A stretch of DNA of 64,000 nucleotides from an uncultured Subdoligranulum sp. (GTDB taxonomy: Bacteria; Bacillota; Clostridia; Oscillospirales; Ruminococcaceae), in the NCBI GenBank assembly GCA_964560675.1, contig CAZLMA010000005.1, positions 7,473 to 71,472 on the forward strand. The letters run 5' to 3'. Position numbers and translations under genes: made by a program. Shown here one piece after another: positions 1 through 10,328 of this stretch. Below the pieces are notes generated by a model. It was not told the origin of the DNA. It was given only the letters and a program-made list of their open reading frames with translations, and made no database searches. Position 1 is the stretch's first letter. Every line of letters begins with the position of its first letter.

Positions 1-1
1 T

Positions 2-523
2 ATGCTGTTCTCTAACCATTTACGGTATGTATTCCATGACACTTTGTCCTTTGTTCCCTTAAGGGCGGAACTGGCGGAAGTCAAGGATTACCACCAGATC
101 ATCCAATTGGACCGCACCTCGCCGGTCATGCTGGATGTACAGGTTCCGCAACCGTTGCTGGAGGTAAACGTACCTCCCTTGACCATTCAAACCTTCATTG
201 AAAATTCCTACAAGTACAACAATGACGGAAATAAAATGCTGGTATTTCGCATCGTGGCAGATCGCATCGAGATGGAGGAAAAAGCCTATTTACGCCTGCG
301 GCTAAGCGATGACGGCAAAGGGTACAGCGCACAGAACCTCGCGGATTTTGAAACGATGGGGGAGCTCTTTGGTACACACCATGTCGGGATCAGCAATCTG
401 CGCAGAAGGATCAACATCCTGTACCACGGGGACTATCAGATGGGCTTCTGCAACGGCGCTGACGGCGGAGCCGTTACCGTGATATACCTGCCCATGGAGA
501 GCAAAGAGGATACAAAAACATGA
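2..523 (+). CDS. Sensor histidine kinase, C-terminal HATPase_c part (YesM/LytS-like); 5' end lies outside the window
   Basis: VPPLTIQTFIENSYKY (N-box), LSDDGKG (G1), HHVGISNLRRRI, GGAVTVI motifs; overlaps the start of a response regulator (ATGA). Confidence 0.85.
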   Translation: MLFSNHLRYVFHDTLSFVPLRAELAEVKDYHQIIQLDRTSPVMLDVQVPQPLLEVNVPPLTIQTFIENSYKYNNDGNKMLVFRIVADRIEMEEKAYLRLRLSDDGKGYSAQNLADFETMGELFGTHHVGISNLRRRINILYHGDYQMGFCNGADGGAVTVIYLPMESKEDTKT

Positions 524-2136
524 ATGTTCTGATCGTAGACGACCAAATCAGTGTCTTAAAGGGCATCGAATCCGGCGTTCATTTTAAGGAGCTTGGAGTA
601 GATAACGTTTTTTATGCTTCCGGCCTAAGAGAGGCCGCGGATATCATCAACCACAACACCGTGGACATTGTCATGTCCGATATCGAAATGCCCAATGAGA
701 ACGGCTTAGAACTGATCAAATGGGTGATGGATCAATATCCCGAGACGCTGTGCATTCTGCTCACCTCCCATGCGGAATTTAATTACGCCCAAGAGAGTAT
801 TCGCTTGGGCTGCTTTGACTATCTGCTCCAGCCCGCGCCGTATGAACAGATCGAGGACTGTCTGCGCCGGGCGCTGCAGGAACTCTATGAGCGCAAAAAG
901 CGCAGCCAGATCTATCGCTTCGGGCAAATGATGAAAACAAACGAAACGGAGCTTATCGAGCACGCCGTAACCAAACTTTTCTCGCGCATACCGGAGGATG
1001 TTGACGATTCTCTCGCGCTTTTAAACGCGGTGGGCTATCCCCTGTTTAAGACTACGCCTGTTCGCATTCTGATCATACACGATGAGCAATACTGCGCCGC
1101 GGAAAAGCCGATCCATTCCGAAAATTCGATCCATACAGTTTTGCAGGAGTGTTTAAAAATCGCTGGCATTACCTACCCTGTCACGTCGCTCACGCACACA
1201 ACCCCGGAAAGAGAATTTTGCGTGACGCTTTTTTCAACCAAATCAGGGGAGTCACCGATGGTATCGTCGGAACAGCTGCACACGTTCTACGAGAAATTGG
1301 CATCCAGGCTGCACGATGACAACATCATGTGCTATGTCGGCAATGAGACGCCGCTGCAGGCGGTGCGAACCGAGTATCACAATCTGCGCAAGATCCTTAT
1401 GGATGAAAATATCGGACAACGTCCGGGGCTATACTTTCACACACCACAGCAGGAATTCACCGTCACCGGCATGGATCTGACAGAGTGCATCAGCCGCTGG
1501 AGAGCCATGCTGGATGCCGGCAATCTGCGGATGCTGGAAAGCGAGATCAATGACGTCATCCTGAATATTGAAAATACAAGCCGATCCAAGTATAAGAGTC
1601 TCTGCGATCTGCACCAGCAGATCACGCATGTGTTTTTCAGCTACCTGTATGAGAACAAGGCAGACGTCGCTGCGCTGTTCAATAACGGTTACAGTTATAC
1701 GGACTATATGGACAGTTATACCAATGCGACATCTCTACGCCGCGCGATTCGCTATATGCTGGATGCGGTTGAGAAGCTGGAAAAGCGCGATGTGCCGCAG
1801 AGTGATGTGGAAAAGGCCCGCGCCTATATAACTGACAACATTACAAATCCCCTCACCGTTTCCGACGTGGCCAAACATGTAAATCTGAGCGCGGAATACT
1901 TTACAAAACTTTTTAAGAGGGAAACCGGTCAGAACATCAAAGAGTATATCATGCAGGCCAAGATTGCCGCGGCGAAGGATCTGTTAGAACACTCAAATAT
2001 GTCCGTCAGTATGATCGCACTGGAATTGGGGTACTCCAACTTCTCGCACTTTTCCCAAATCTTTAAAAAGTACGAGTCCGTATCGCCGAGCGATTACAGA
2101 ACCGCCATGCAGACGAAAAACCGCGAGCCACAGTAA
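520..2136 (+). CDS. Two-component response regulator, REC + AraC HTH (YesN-like)
   Basis: N-terminal LIVDD...DIVMSDIEMP receiver domain; C-terminal LSAEYFTKLFKRETG...LGYSNFSHFSQIFKK AraC HTH. Confidence 0.92.
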   Translation: MNVLIVDDQISVLKGIESGVHFKELGVDNVFYASGLREAADIINHNTVDIVMSDIEMPNENGLELIKWVMDQYPETLCILLTSHAEFNYAQESIRLGCFDYLLQPAPYEQIEDCLRRALQELYERKKRSQIYRFGQMMKTNETELIEHAVTKLFSRIPEDVDDSLALLNAVGYPLFKTTPVRILIIHDEQYCAAEKPIHSENSIHTVLQECLKIAGITYPVTSLTHTTPEREFCVTLFSTKSGESPMVSSEQLHTFYEKLASRLHDDNIMCYVGNETPLQAVRTEYHNLRKILMDENIGQRPGLYFHTPQQEFTVTGMDLTECISRWRAMLDAGNLRMLESEINDVILNIENTSRSKYKSLCDLHQQITHVFFSYLYENKADVAALFNNGYSYTDYMDSYTNATSLRRAIRYMLDAVEKLEKRDVPQSDVEKARAYITDNITNPLTVSDVAKHVNLSAEYFTKLFKRETGQNIKEYIMQAKIAAAKDLLEHSNMSVSMIALELGYSNFSHFSQIFKKYESVSPSDYRTAMQTKNREPQ

Positions 2137-2278
2137 TAGCGCATCTTGTGCGCGAAGGCCGGGAAGCGTTGCCTCGCCATGGCGCCAGCATAAGGAATTT
2201 TTCCGCGATAAAATAGGAAGTGAGTGAAAAAATCAAAAATTTGCTCAAATATTCATCCGGATTGTAGGCGTTAGACCC

Positions 2279-2307
2279 TTGCGAAACGTTTGAAAATATG
2301 CTATTAT
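2279..2307 (+). promoter_or_regulatory. Probable sigma-A promoter of rpsT
   Basis: TTGCGA-17 nt-TATTAT upstream of RBS AAGGAGGTGG. Confidence 0.55.
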
Positions 2308-2343
2308 GGAATGCGTCTCTGAGGCATGAAGGAGGTGGAACGA

Positions 2344-2613
2344 ATGCCTAATATAAAATCTCAGAAGGATCGGGTCGTGCAGGCGAAAAAAGAAGCCGCG
2401 CACAACAAGGCCATCAAATCAAACCTGAAAACCGTCATCAAGAAGGCAGACGCTGCCATCGTCAGCAACGCCGATGACAAAGACAAAGTGATTCAAGGCG
2501 CCGTAAGCACCATCGCGAAGGCGAGGAGCAAGGGTGTCATACATAAAAACACCGCTGCGCGCAAGGTTAGCCGATTGGCAAAACGCGCCAATAAGGCAGC
2601 GAAGTCCGCGTAG
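2344..2613 (+). CDS. rpsT: 30S ribosomal protein S20
   Basis: MPNIKSQKDRV...KGVIHKNTAARKVSRL; strong RBS before ATG 2344. Confidence 0.97.
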   Translation: MPNIKSQKDRVVQAKKEAAHNKAIKSNLKTVIKKADAAIVSNADDKDKVIQGAVSTIAKARSKGVIHKNTAARKVSRLAKRANKAAKSA

Positions 2614-2675
2614 GAAAAGGTTGGAAGGCTTCTGACTGGAGCAAGGACTACGGGAATTTTCCTGTCATAGTTTTT

Positions 2676-2704
2676 CGTGCGGCCCGCCGGGCCGCACGTC
2701 TTTT
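2676..2704 (+). terminator. Intrinsic terminator after rpsT
   Basis: Perfect 10-bp stem CGTGCGGCCC/GGGCCGCACG followed by TCTTTT. Confidence 0.7.
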
Positions 2705-2883
2705 AGGCATCACCGCATAAGACCCACCGCGGCAAAAAAGGCTTCTTGTGCTCAAAGTTTCAAGCACGAGGGCCCTAGGTTTTGCGCGACGGATTGTGCG
2801 GTGCGGTTTGCTTTATTTTTAAGCAGCAGCAAGTTATATCCTGCTGTTCCACACGGACATCATGGTAAAGGGGCGTATTGGCA

Positions 2884-3378
2884 ATGGCAAAAGAAATCCT
2901 GCTGACAAGAGAGGATTATACGAAAATCGAATCGGAACTTGATACTTTGCGCACGGTGCGGCGCAGAGAAGTGGCCGATAAACTCAAAACGGCGCGCGGC
3001 TACGGCGACCTCTCTGAGAACGCGGAGTACGACGCCGCGAAAGAAGAGCAGGCGATGGTGGAGGCCAAGATCGCCGAGCTGGAGGCGATGCTCAAGCGTG
3101 CGCGCATCCTGGACGACAGCGATTTGTCACACGACACGGTTTCAGTCGGTATGCATGTGCGCATTTTGGCGCAAGGCGACCCGGAAGACGCAGCCGAGGA
3201 ATACGACATCACGGGTTCCACCAGCGCCGATATCTCGGCGGGTCGTATCAGTGACGAAAGCCCTGTCGGCTCCGCCCTGATCGGCAAAAAGGTCGGAGAT
3301 GTCGCGGAGGTCATCTTGCCCAACGGCAATATCATTTTCTATGAGGTACTAAATGTCAGCCGGACACAGGCAAAGTGA
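2884..3378 (+). CDS. greA: Transcription elongation factor GreA
   Basis: GDLSENAEYDAAKEEQ and ISDESPVGSALIGKKVGD motifs; alternative TTG start at 2878. Confidence 0.97.
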   Translation: MAKEILLTREDYTKIESELDTLRTVRRREVADKLKTARGYGDLSENAEYDAAKEEQAMVEAKIAELEAMLKRARILDDSDLSHDTVSVGMHVRILAQGDPEDAAEEYDITGSTSADISAGRISDESPVGSALIGKKVGDVAEVILPNGNIIFYEVLNVSRTQAK

Positions 3379-3405
3379 GATTTTACAATACCTAAAAATA
3401 CGAGG

Positions 3406-4941
3406 ATGGGAAAGAGTATGCCACAACGAAATACCGATTTTGCCGCACAGGCAAGTAGTGAACCGTCTCTTCCTGAGCAGGCGGCTGTACGCCGCCAAAA
3501 GCTTGCGGAACTGCGCGCCGCCGGGCAGGATCCCTTTACGTTGACGCGCTATCCGCAGAATGCCTGGTCGAGCGACCTGCAGGCGGAATACGCACAATTG
3601 CCACCGGAAGCACAAACAGACCGCAGAGTCGCATTGGCCGGGCGGCTCATGAGCAAGCGCGTGATGGGCAAGGCGAGTTTTGCCCACCTGCGCGATGCGA
3701 AGGGCGATATCCAGATTTTCCTCAAACGCGACCTGCTGGGCGACGACGCCTATGCGGCTTTTAAAAAGCTGGATGTCGGTGACATTGTAGGCTGCGACGG
3801 CGTAGTGTTTCGGACCAGGATGGGGGAACTGACAGTTCGCGTAGAGTCCCTTACACTGCTGAGCAAAAGCCTGCAGCCGCTGCCGGAGAAGTATCATAGA
3901 TTGACGGATCGGGAGGCCAGGTACCGTCAGCGCTACCTGGATTTGATTACCAATCCGGACTCTCGCGAGGTCTTTATCAAGCGCTCCAAAATCATCAGCG
4001 CGATCCGGCGCTTTTTAGAAGCCAAGGGATTTTTGGAAGTAGAGACGCCCATGTTGGTGGAAAATGCTGGCGGTGCGGCGGCGAGGCCTTTTGTAACGCA
4101 TTATAACGCCCTGGATACCGATGTCAAACTGCGCATCTCGCTGGAGCTCTATCTAAAAAGGCTCATCGTCGGCGGTCTGGATCGCGTATTTGAGATCGGA
4201 CGGGTATTTCGCAACGAAGGTCTGGACACACGCCATAATCCGGAATTCACCCTGATGGAGCTGTATCAGGCGTACACTGATTACAACGGCATGATGGACT
4301 TGACCGAAGAGATGTTCCGCACCGTTGCACAGGAAGTATGCGGCACGACTACCGTGCCGTACGGCGACGCGGTGATCGACTTGGGTGGGCCCTATGCGCG
4401 CCTGACCATGGTGGCGGCCGTAAAGCAGTATACTGGCGTTGATTTTGATACCGTCGCCGACACCGCCGCCGCGAGAGCGCTTGCCGACTCGCACGGCGTA
4501 GTCTGGGAGCCCAGGCATCAAAAGGGCGATATCCTCAATTTGTTCTTTGAGCAGTTTGTGGAAGAGCATCTAATTCAGCCGACTTTTGTGCTGGATCACC
4601 CGGTGGAGATCAGCCCCCTGACAAAACGCAAGCCGGACAACCCCGACTATGTGGAGCGTTTTGAGCTCTTTATCTGCGGACGCGAGATGTGCAACGCCTA
4701 CTCGGAGCTAAACGACCCCATCGACCAGCGCGCGCGCTTCGCCGCGCAAGAAGAGCAGTTTGCGCAGGGCAATCTAGATGCCAACCACACAGACGAAGAC
4801 TTTTTAAACGCCCTTGAGATCGGCATGCCGCCCACCGGCGGGATCGGATATGGCATCGACCGCCTTGTCATGCTGTTGACAAACGCGCCCGCCATTCGCG
4901 ATGTGATCTTATTCCCCACGATGAAACCCTCTATCATGTGA
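3406..4941 (+). CDS. lysS: Lysyl-tRNA synthetase (class II)
   Basis: OB-fold RVMGKASFAHL, motif 2 FRNEGLDTRHNPEFT, motif 3 [15 protein letters not shown]. Confidence 0.98.
   Translation: MGKSMPQRNTDFAAQASSEPSLPEQAAVRRQKLAELRAAGQDPFTLTRYPQNAWSSDLQAEYAQLPPEAQTDRRVALAGRLMSKRVMGKASFAHLRDAKGDIQIFLKRDLLGDDAYAAFKKLDVGDIVGCDGVVFRTRMGELTVRVESLTLLSKSLQPLPEKYHRLTDREARYRQRYLDLITNPDSREVFIKRSKIISAIRRFLEAKGFLEVETPMLVENAGGAAARPFVTHYNALDTDVKLRISLELYLKRLIVGGLDRVFEIGRVFRNEGLDTRHNPEFTLMELYQAYTDYNGMMDLTEEMFRTVAQEVCGTTTVPYGDAVIDLGGPYARLTMVAAVKQYTGVDFDTVADTAAARALADSHGVVWEPRHQKGDILNLFFEQFVEEHLIQPTFVLDHPVEISPLTKRKPDNPDYVERFELFICGREMCNAYSELNDPIDQRARFAAQEEQFAQGNLDANHTDEDFLNALEIGMPPTGGIGYGIDRLVMLLTNAPAIRDVILFPTMKPSIM
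4792..4925 (+). repeat. Direct repeat copy 1 (functional lysS 3' end)
   Basis: GACGAAGACTTTTTAAACGCCCTTG...CCCACGATGAA recurs 1579 bp downstream. Confidence 0.95.
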
Positions 4942-4974
4942 ACGTCCGAAAAGGCCTTTATTTAGAGGACACTG

Positions 4975-5005
4975 AAAAGCCCCCGTCTGACTTTTCAGAC
5001 CGGGG
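4975..5005 (-). terminator. Hairpin terminator between convergent lysS and AAA gene
   Basis: CCCCGTCTGA/TCAGACCGGGG stem; T-tract on the minus strand. Confidence 0.55.
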
Positions 5006-5010
5006 TGTTC

Positions 5011-6520
<1,510 letters not shown>

Positions 6521-6609
6521 AGAAGTCAAAAAGTAGTCAAAATGGATTTCCGTCAAAAAGAAAAAGCGCAGTATGAGCGTTTTTCAACGTCATGTCGCGC
6601 TTTTTTGTA

Positions 6610-6682
6610 TGCGCCCGCGGGGACTCGAACCCCGGACCCACTGATTAAAAGTCAGTTGCTCTACCACCTGAGCTACGGGCAC
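6610..6682 (-). tRNA. tRNA-Lys(UUU)
   Basis: Cloverleaf on minus strand: acceptor GTGCCCG/CGGGCGC, D arm GCTC/GAGC, anticodon arm ACTGA-CTTTTAA-TCAGT, T loop TTCGAGT; CCA not encoded. Confidence 0.96.
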
Positions 6683-6703
6683 AAATTCTCTTACAACGCC
6701 ATC

Positions 6704-6732
6704 ATTATAGCAGGCGTATACGGCCTTGTCAA
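6704..6732 (-). promoter_or_regulatory. Sigma-A promoter of tRNA-Lys
   Basis: Perfect TTGACA-17 nt-TATAAT on the minus strand. Confidence 0.85.
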
Positions 6733-6751
6733 ACAGATTTGTTCTGCGGAT

Positions 6752-6780
6752 TTGCATACCGGGCCGGGTTGCGGTATACT
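6752..6780 (+). promoter_or_regulatory. Sigma-A promoter divergent from tRNA-Lys
   Basis: TTGCAT-17 nt-TATACT. Confidence 0.7.
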
Positions 6781-6786
6781 AAACGC

Positions 6787-6966
6787 GGTGTTGCCTGCAC
6801 CGCGCGGGGCGTATTGGGCTGCCAGCCTTTCCAACTGGGGTTTTACATTCGGCGCAGGCAGTAGCGTCCTAAGGTATGAGAACTGCTTCCTTGCTCTATG
6901 CAAAGGTCAGCGCAACCAACCCACAGCTCTCCCCCTTTCCGCCCCGTAAATCGCTGGGTCAATGCG
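6787..6966 (+). ncRNA. Candidate structured RNA (~180 nt), possibly 6S RNA or a cis-regulatory leader
   Basis: Starts just after a promoter; nested pairings 6804-6811/6940-6947 and 6816-6821/6924-6929, apical hairpins; family not confirmed. Confidence 0.35.
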
Positions 6967-7001
6967 ATATCCGATTCTTACGCTAACGAGGTGAATACGC
7001 C

Positions 7002-7373
7002 ATGCCTGTCCAACTCACGGCCGATTGTTTTTCAAATCTGCGCTTATGTTGGGGCGCCGTGGCACAACCGGAGGATATGCCGGCTGCGATAGAACACATT
7101 TTTGCGGCGGGACGCATGGTAGATCATTACTTTGTATTACCCACGCCCACGCTGTGGACGAATCCGCAGATGCCTTCGCGCAGCGAGATAAGCGGCATCG
7201 TTTTTATGGAGCAGGAAGGCACAGCGCCCTGGCTCGTTTCGCTGCTACGCCCGGACAACAGCGTTTCGGTCGAGGCGGAGATGAGCCGTGCGGAATTTTC
7301 GCGGATGCTAGAAAAAAGCCATGTGGTATTGCCCGGATCACAGGGTTTTGTACCGCCCAAGACAGCCTCCTGA
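7002..7373 (+). CDS. Hypothetical protein (123 aa)
   Basis: RBS GAGGTG before ATG, protein-like composition; no family recognised. Confidence 0.6.
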   Translation: MPVQLTADCFSNLRLCWGAVAQPEDMPAAIEHIFAAGRMVDHYFVLPTPTLWTNPQMPSRSEISGIVFMEQEGTAPWLVSLLRPDNSVSVEAEMSRAEFSRMLEKSHVVLPGSQGFVPPKTAS

Positions 7374-7566
7374 CGGCGCTTGACACTCCTGATCGGCAGT
7401 TCCTGCGCCGCAGAGGATGCATTAGAACTTCTGCCAGTTGCTATTGTCTTTGTCGTCATGGTTTTTTATAGGCAAAGCAAGTAAAACGCGATGGTCTCGC
7501 GATGGATCCTAACGAACCGGTTGGCACAAAGAAACGGTGCAAAAGGATGCCAGAAAATCGATTCCG

Positions 7567-8583
7567 TTATTCCAACTGCAAAAGCCCTACCTTGCGGTAC
7601 ACCTTGCGCACGGTGCGTTCCGCAATACGCGCCGCTCGTTCGGCGCCGTCTTTTAAAATCGTATCGACATACACTTTATCGGCCAGAATCCGCGCGTACT
7701 CCGCTTGTATCGGCGCCAAGGCATCGGCGGTGGTCTCAGCAACGGCTAACTTGAATTCCCCGTATCCCCTGCCGGAAAACTCCTCTTCGATGCTCTGCAT
7801 GTCCTTTCCGGTAAACACAGAATAAATGGTCATCAGATTGGAAATGCCAGGCTTTTGATCCCTGTCGAAGCGCACCACATTATCAGAATCCGTCACCGCA
7901 CGCTTGAATTTGCGCACAATGGTATCCTTCTCATCCGTCATCAGAATATAGGAGTTGACGTTCGGGTCTGACTTGCTCATCTTTTTGGTCGGCTCGGCCA
8001 GACTTTGGATCTTGGCGCCAAAAGCCAGCGTGTACCCCTCCGGCTGCGTGAATGTGGGGCCGTACAGGCTGTTAAAACGGCCGGCGATATCGCGCGCCAG
8101 TTCCACATGCTGGGTTTGGTCTTGCCCGACCGGGACAAGATCGGCGTTGTAGATCAGGATATCGGCTGCCATCAATACGGGATAGCTAAACAGCCCACCG
8201 TTGATGTTGTCGGGGTGCTTGGCGGATTTATCTTTAAACTGCGTCATGCGGCTCAATTCGCCGAACTGGGTATAGCAAGACAGCACCCAAGTCAGCTGAG
8301 TGTGCGCCGGTACATGGCTTTGCAAGAATACGACGCTCGTTTCGGGGTCGATGCCGGCAGCGAGGAGTAGAGCGGCGACCTCACGCGTGCGGCGGCGCAA
8401 AACGGCGGGCTCAGTGCGCACGGTCAGGGTATGCAAATCGGCAACCATATACAGGCATTCATGCTCCGCTTGCAGCGCAGCCCAATTGCGCACCGCACCT
8501 ACATAATTGCCCAGGGTCGGTGTGCCGGTAGGCTGTATACCGGACAAGATGCGTTTGCGCGTCAACTGATTCTGTTGTGCCAT
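7567..8583 (-). CDS. trpS: Tryptophanyl-tRNA synthetase
   Basis: SGIQPTG..LGNYVG (HIGH-like), YPVLMAADIL, VPVGQDQTQH, KMSKS. Confidence 0.98.
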   Translation of the reverse strand: MAQQNQLTRKRILSGIQPTGTPTLGNYVGAVRNWAALQAEHECLYMVADLHTLTVRTEPAVLRRRTREVAALLLAAGIDPETSVVFLQSHVPAHTQLTWVLSCYTQFGELSRMTQFKDKSAKHPDNINGGLFSYPVLMAADILIYNADLVPVGQDQTQHVELARDIAGRFNSLYGPTFTQPEGYTLAFGAKIQSLAEPTKKMSKSDPNVNSYILMTDEKDTIVRKFKRAVTDSDNVVRFDRDQKPGISNLMTIYSVFTGKDMQSIEEEFSGRGYGEFKLAVAETTADALAPIQAEYARILADKVYVDTILKDGAERAARIAERTVRKVYRKVGLLQLE

Positions 8584-8642
8584 AGACAGTCAGCTCCCTT
8601 TTTTGTTCCCTTTGCAGCAGCTATCGATTCCGCGATAGCGCC

Positions 8643-8671
8643 ATCATACCACGTTTGCCCGCCCTTGGCAA
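8643..8671 (-). promoter_or_regulatory. Sigma-A promoter of trpS
   Basis: TTGCCA-17 nt-TATGAT with extended -10 TG. Confidence 0.65.
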
Positions 8672-9056
8672 GAGAAGCGGCTGCCCTGTTATGCTGCAAA
8701 GACGACTGGTTTTCAAACGCTGCCAACCAATGCTGACTTTTGTAATGATGCGATGCCCACAACGCTCCGTTTGACACAGCGGGCGCGTCAAGCAAAGATC
8801 GGACGCGAGATGGACAACCCAAAATGCCGGCTGACCAAAGGAAAGCATCAACCAAAACGGACTGCGCGACATACATCAGCGGGAAAAGTGCGCGTGTTAT
8901 ACAGATTGGACGGTTTCTTTTGCCAAAGTCCCCAGCAATTCGGAATATTGCCAAGTGTGTTTTTTGAACCGTTCCCGCTATAATGGATGCAAACATAAAA
9001 ACGCTGCCAGAAGCGGCGCCGTATGCTATGTTCTGATCGTAAAGGAGCTTTACCCA

Positions 9057-10154
9057 ATGGCAAGAGTCTACAATTTCAGTGCGGGGCCGTCGATGTTGCC
9101 ACAGGCGGTTTTGCAGCGCGCGCAAACACAGATGCTGGATTACCGCAATTCCGGTCAGAGCGTGATGGAGATGAGCCACCGCAGCAAATGGTTTGCGCAG
9201 ATTTTTGACGATACCAAAGCGGCATTGCGCCGGGTTCTAAACGTGCCCGACAATTACGAAATCGGATTCTTTCAGGGTGGCGCAACGCAGCAGTTCGCCA
9301 TGGTACCGCTCAATTTTATGTCAACCGGCACTGCCGACTACCTGATAACTGGCAACTTCAGCAAAAAAGCCGCCGAAGAGGCCGCCAAATTCGGGACGGT
9401 TCGTATCGCCGCCTCCGCGCAAGACAGAAACTATACCTATATTCCGGATGTAAAAGCTGCCGATTACAGTCAGAATGCGAGTTACATCCACATCTGCCAA
9501 AACAACACCATCTATGGAACACGCTATATCGAAATTCCACAGGTCGAGGGCGTGCCGCTGGTGGCTGACATGAGTTCCATGATCGCTTCCGAACCGGTGG
9601 ATGTTTCCCGGTACGGCTGTATTTATTTTGGTGTACAGAAGAACATCGCGCCGGCAGGCATGGCGGTCGCAATCATCCGCCGGGACCTTCTGGGCAAGGC
9701 TGCAGAGGGCTTGCGTCCTGAACAGATCCCCACCATGATGCAGTATACCGTTCTGCTCCAACATGACAGTATGTACAATACACCGCCTTGCTGGTGCATA
9801 TACATAACAGGCCTCGTCATGGACTGGCTGGAACATGACATCGGCGGGCTAGAGGCCATGCAAGCCATCAACACCGCCAAGGCGAAGATGTTGTATGACT
9901 ATCTCGACAGCCAGAATTTTTACCGCAATCCCGTTGAAAAGCCGTATCGAAGTCTGATGAACATTCCTTTCACGAGTCCCAGTGCTGAGCTCGACAAGGC
10001 TTTCTGCGCCGCGGCGGAAAGCAATGGCCTCGTCAACCTGAAAGGGCACAGACTTGTCGGCGGTATGCGGGCTTCGATCTACAACGCGATGCCTGCCCAG
10101 GGCGTAGAAAAACTGATCACCTTTATGGAACGGTTCCGCAAGGAAAATGTATAA
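9057..10154 (+). CDS. serC: Phosphoserine aminotransferase
   Basis: VYNFSAGPSMLP, FQGGATQQF, GVQKNIAPAG, KGHRLVGGMRASIYNA; RBS AAAGGAG. Confidence 0.97.
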   Translation: MARVYNFSAGPSMLPQAVLQRAQTQMLDYRNSGQSVMEMSHRSKWFAQIFDDTKAALRRVLNVPDNYEIGFFQGGATQQFAMVPLNFMSTGTADYLITGNFSKKAAEEAAKFGTVRIAASAQDRNYTYIPDVKAADYSQNASYIHICQNNTIYGTRYIEIPQVEGVPLVADMSSMIASEPVDVSRYGCIYFGVQKNIAPAGMAVAIIRRDLLGKAAEGLRPEQIPTMMQYTVLLQHDSMYNTPPCWCIYITGLVMDWLEHDIGGLEAMQAINTAKAKMLYDYLDSQNFYRNPVEKPYRSLMNIPFTSPSAELDKAFCAAAESNGLVNLKGHRLVGGMRASIYNAMPAQGVEKLITFMERFRKENV

Positions 10155-10328
10155 AAACGCAGCCGTTAGAGTTTGCGTAAACGAGATCTTTGCAAAACGG
10201 CCGAGAGCGTAGTAAAACGTCACACTGCCTTGCAAAGCAGCCAGGCGCACAGGCGTGTTGTTTGAAGAGTAACGCCGCGATGATACCGGCTCTACACCCT
10301 TTGCACGATCCCAAGGGAGAAACATCGA

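Noticed and set aside
8584-8950. T-box upstream of trpS (also sought before lysS)
   Set aside because: No GGTGGxACCGCG T-box or terminator; a promoter lies only ~60 bp from the trpS start
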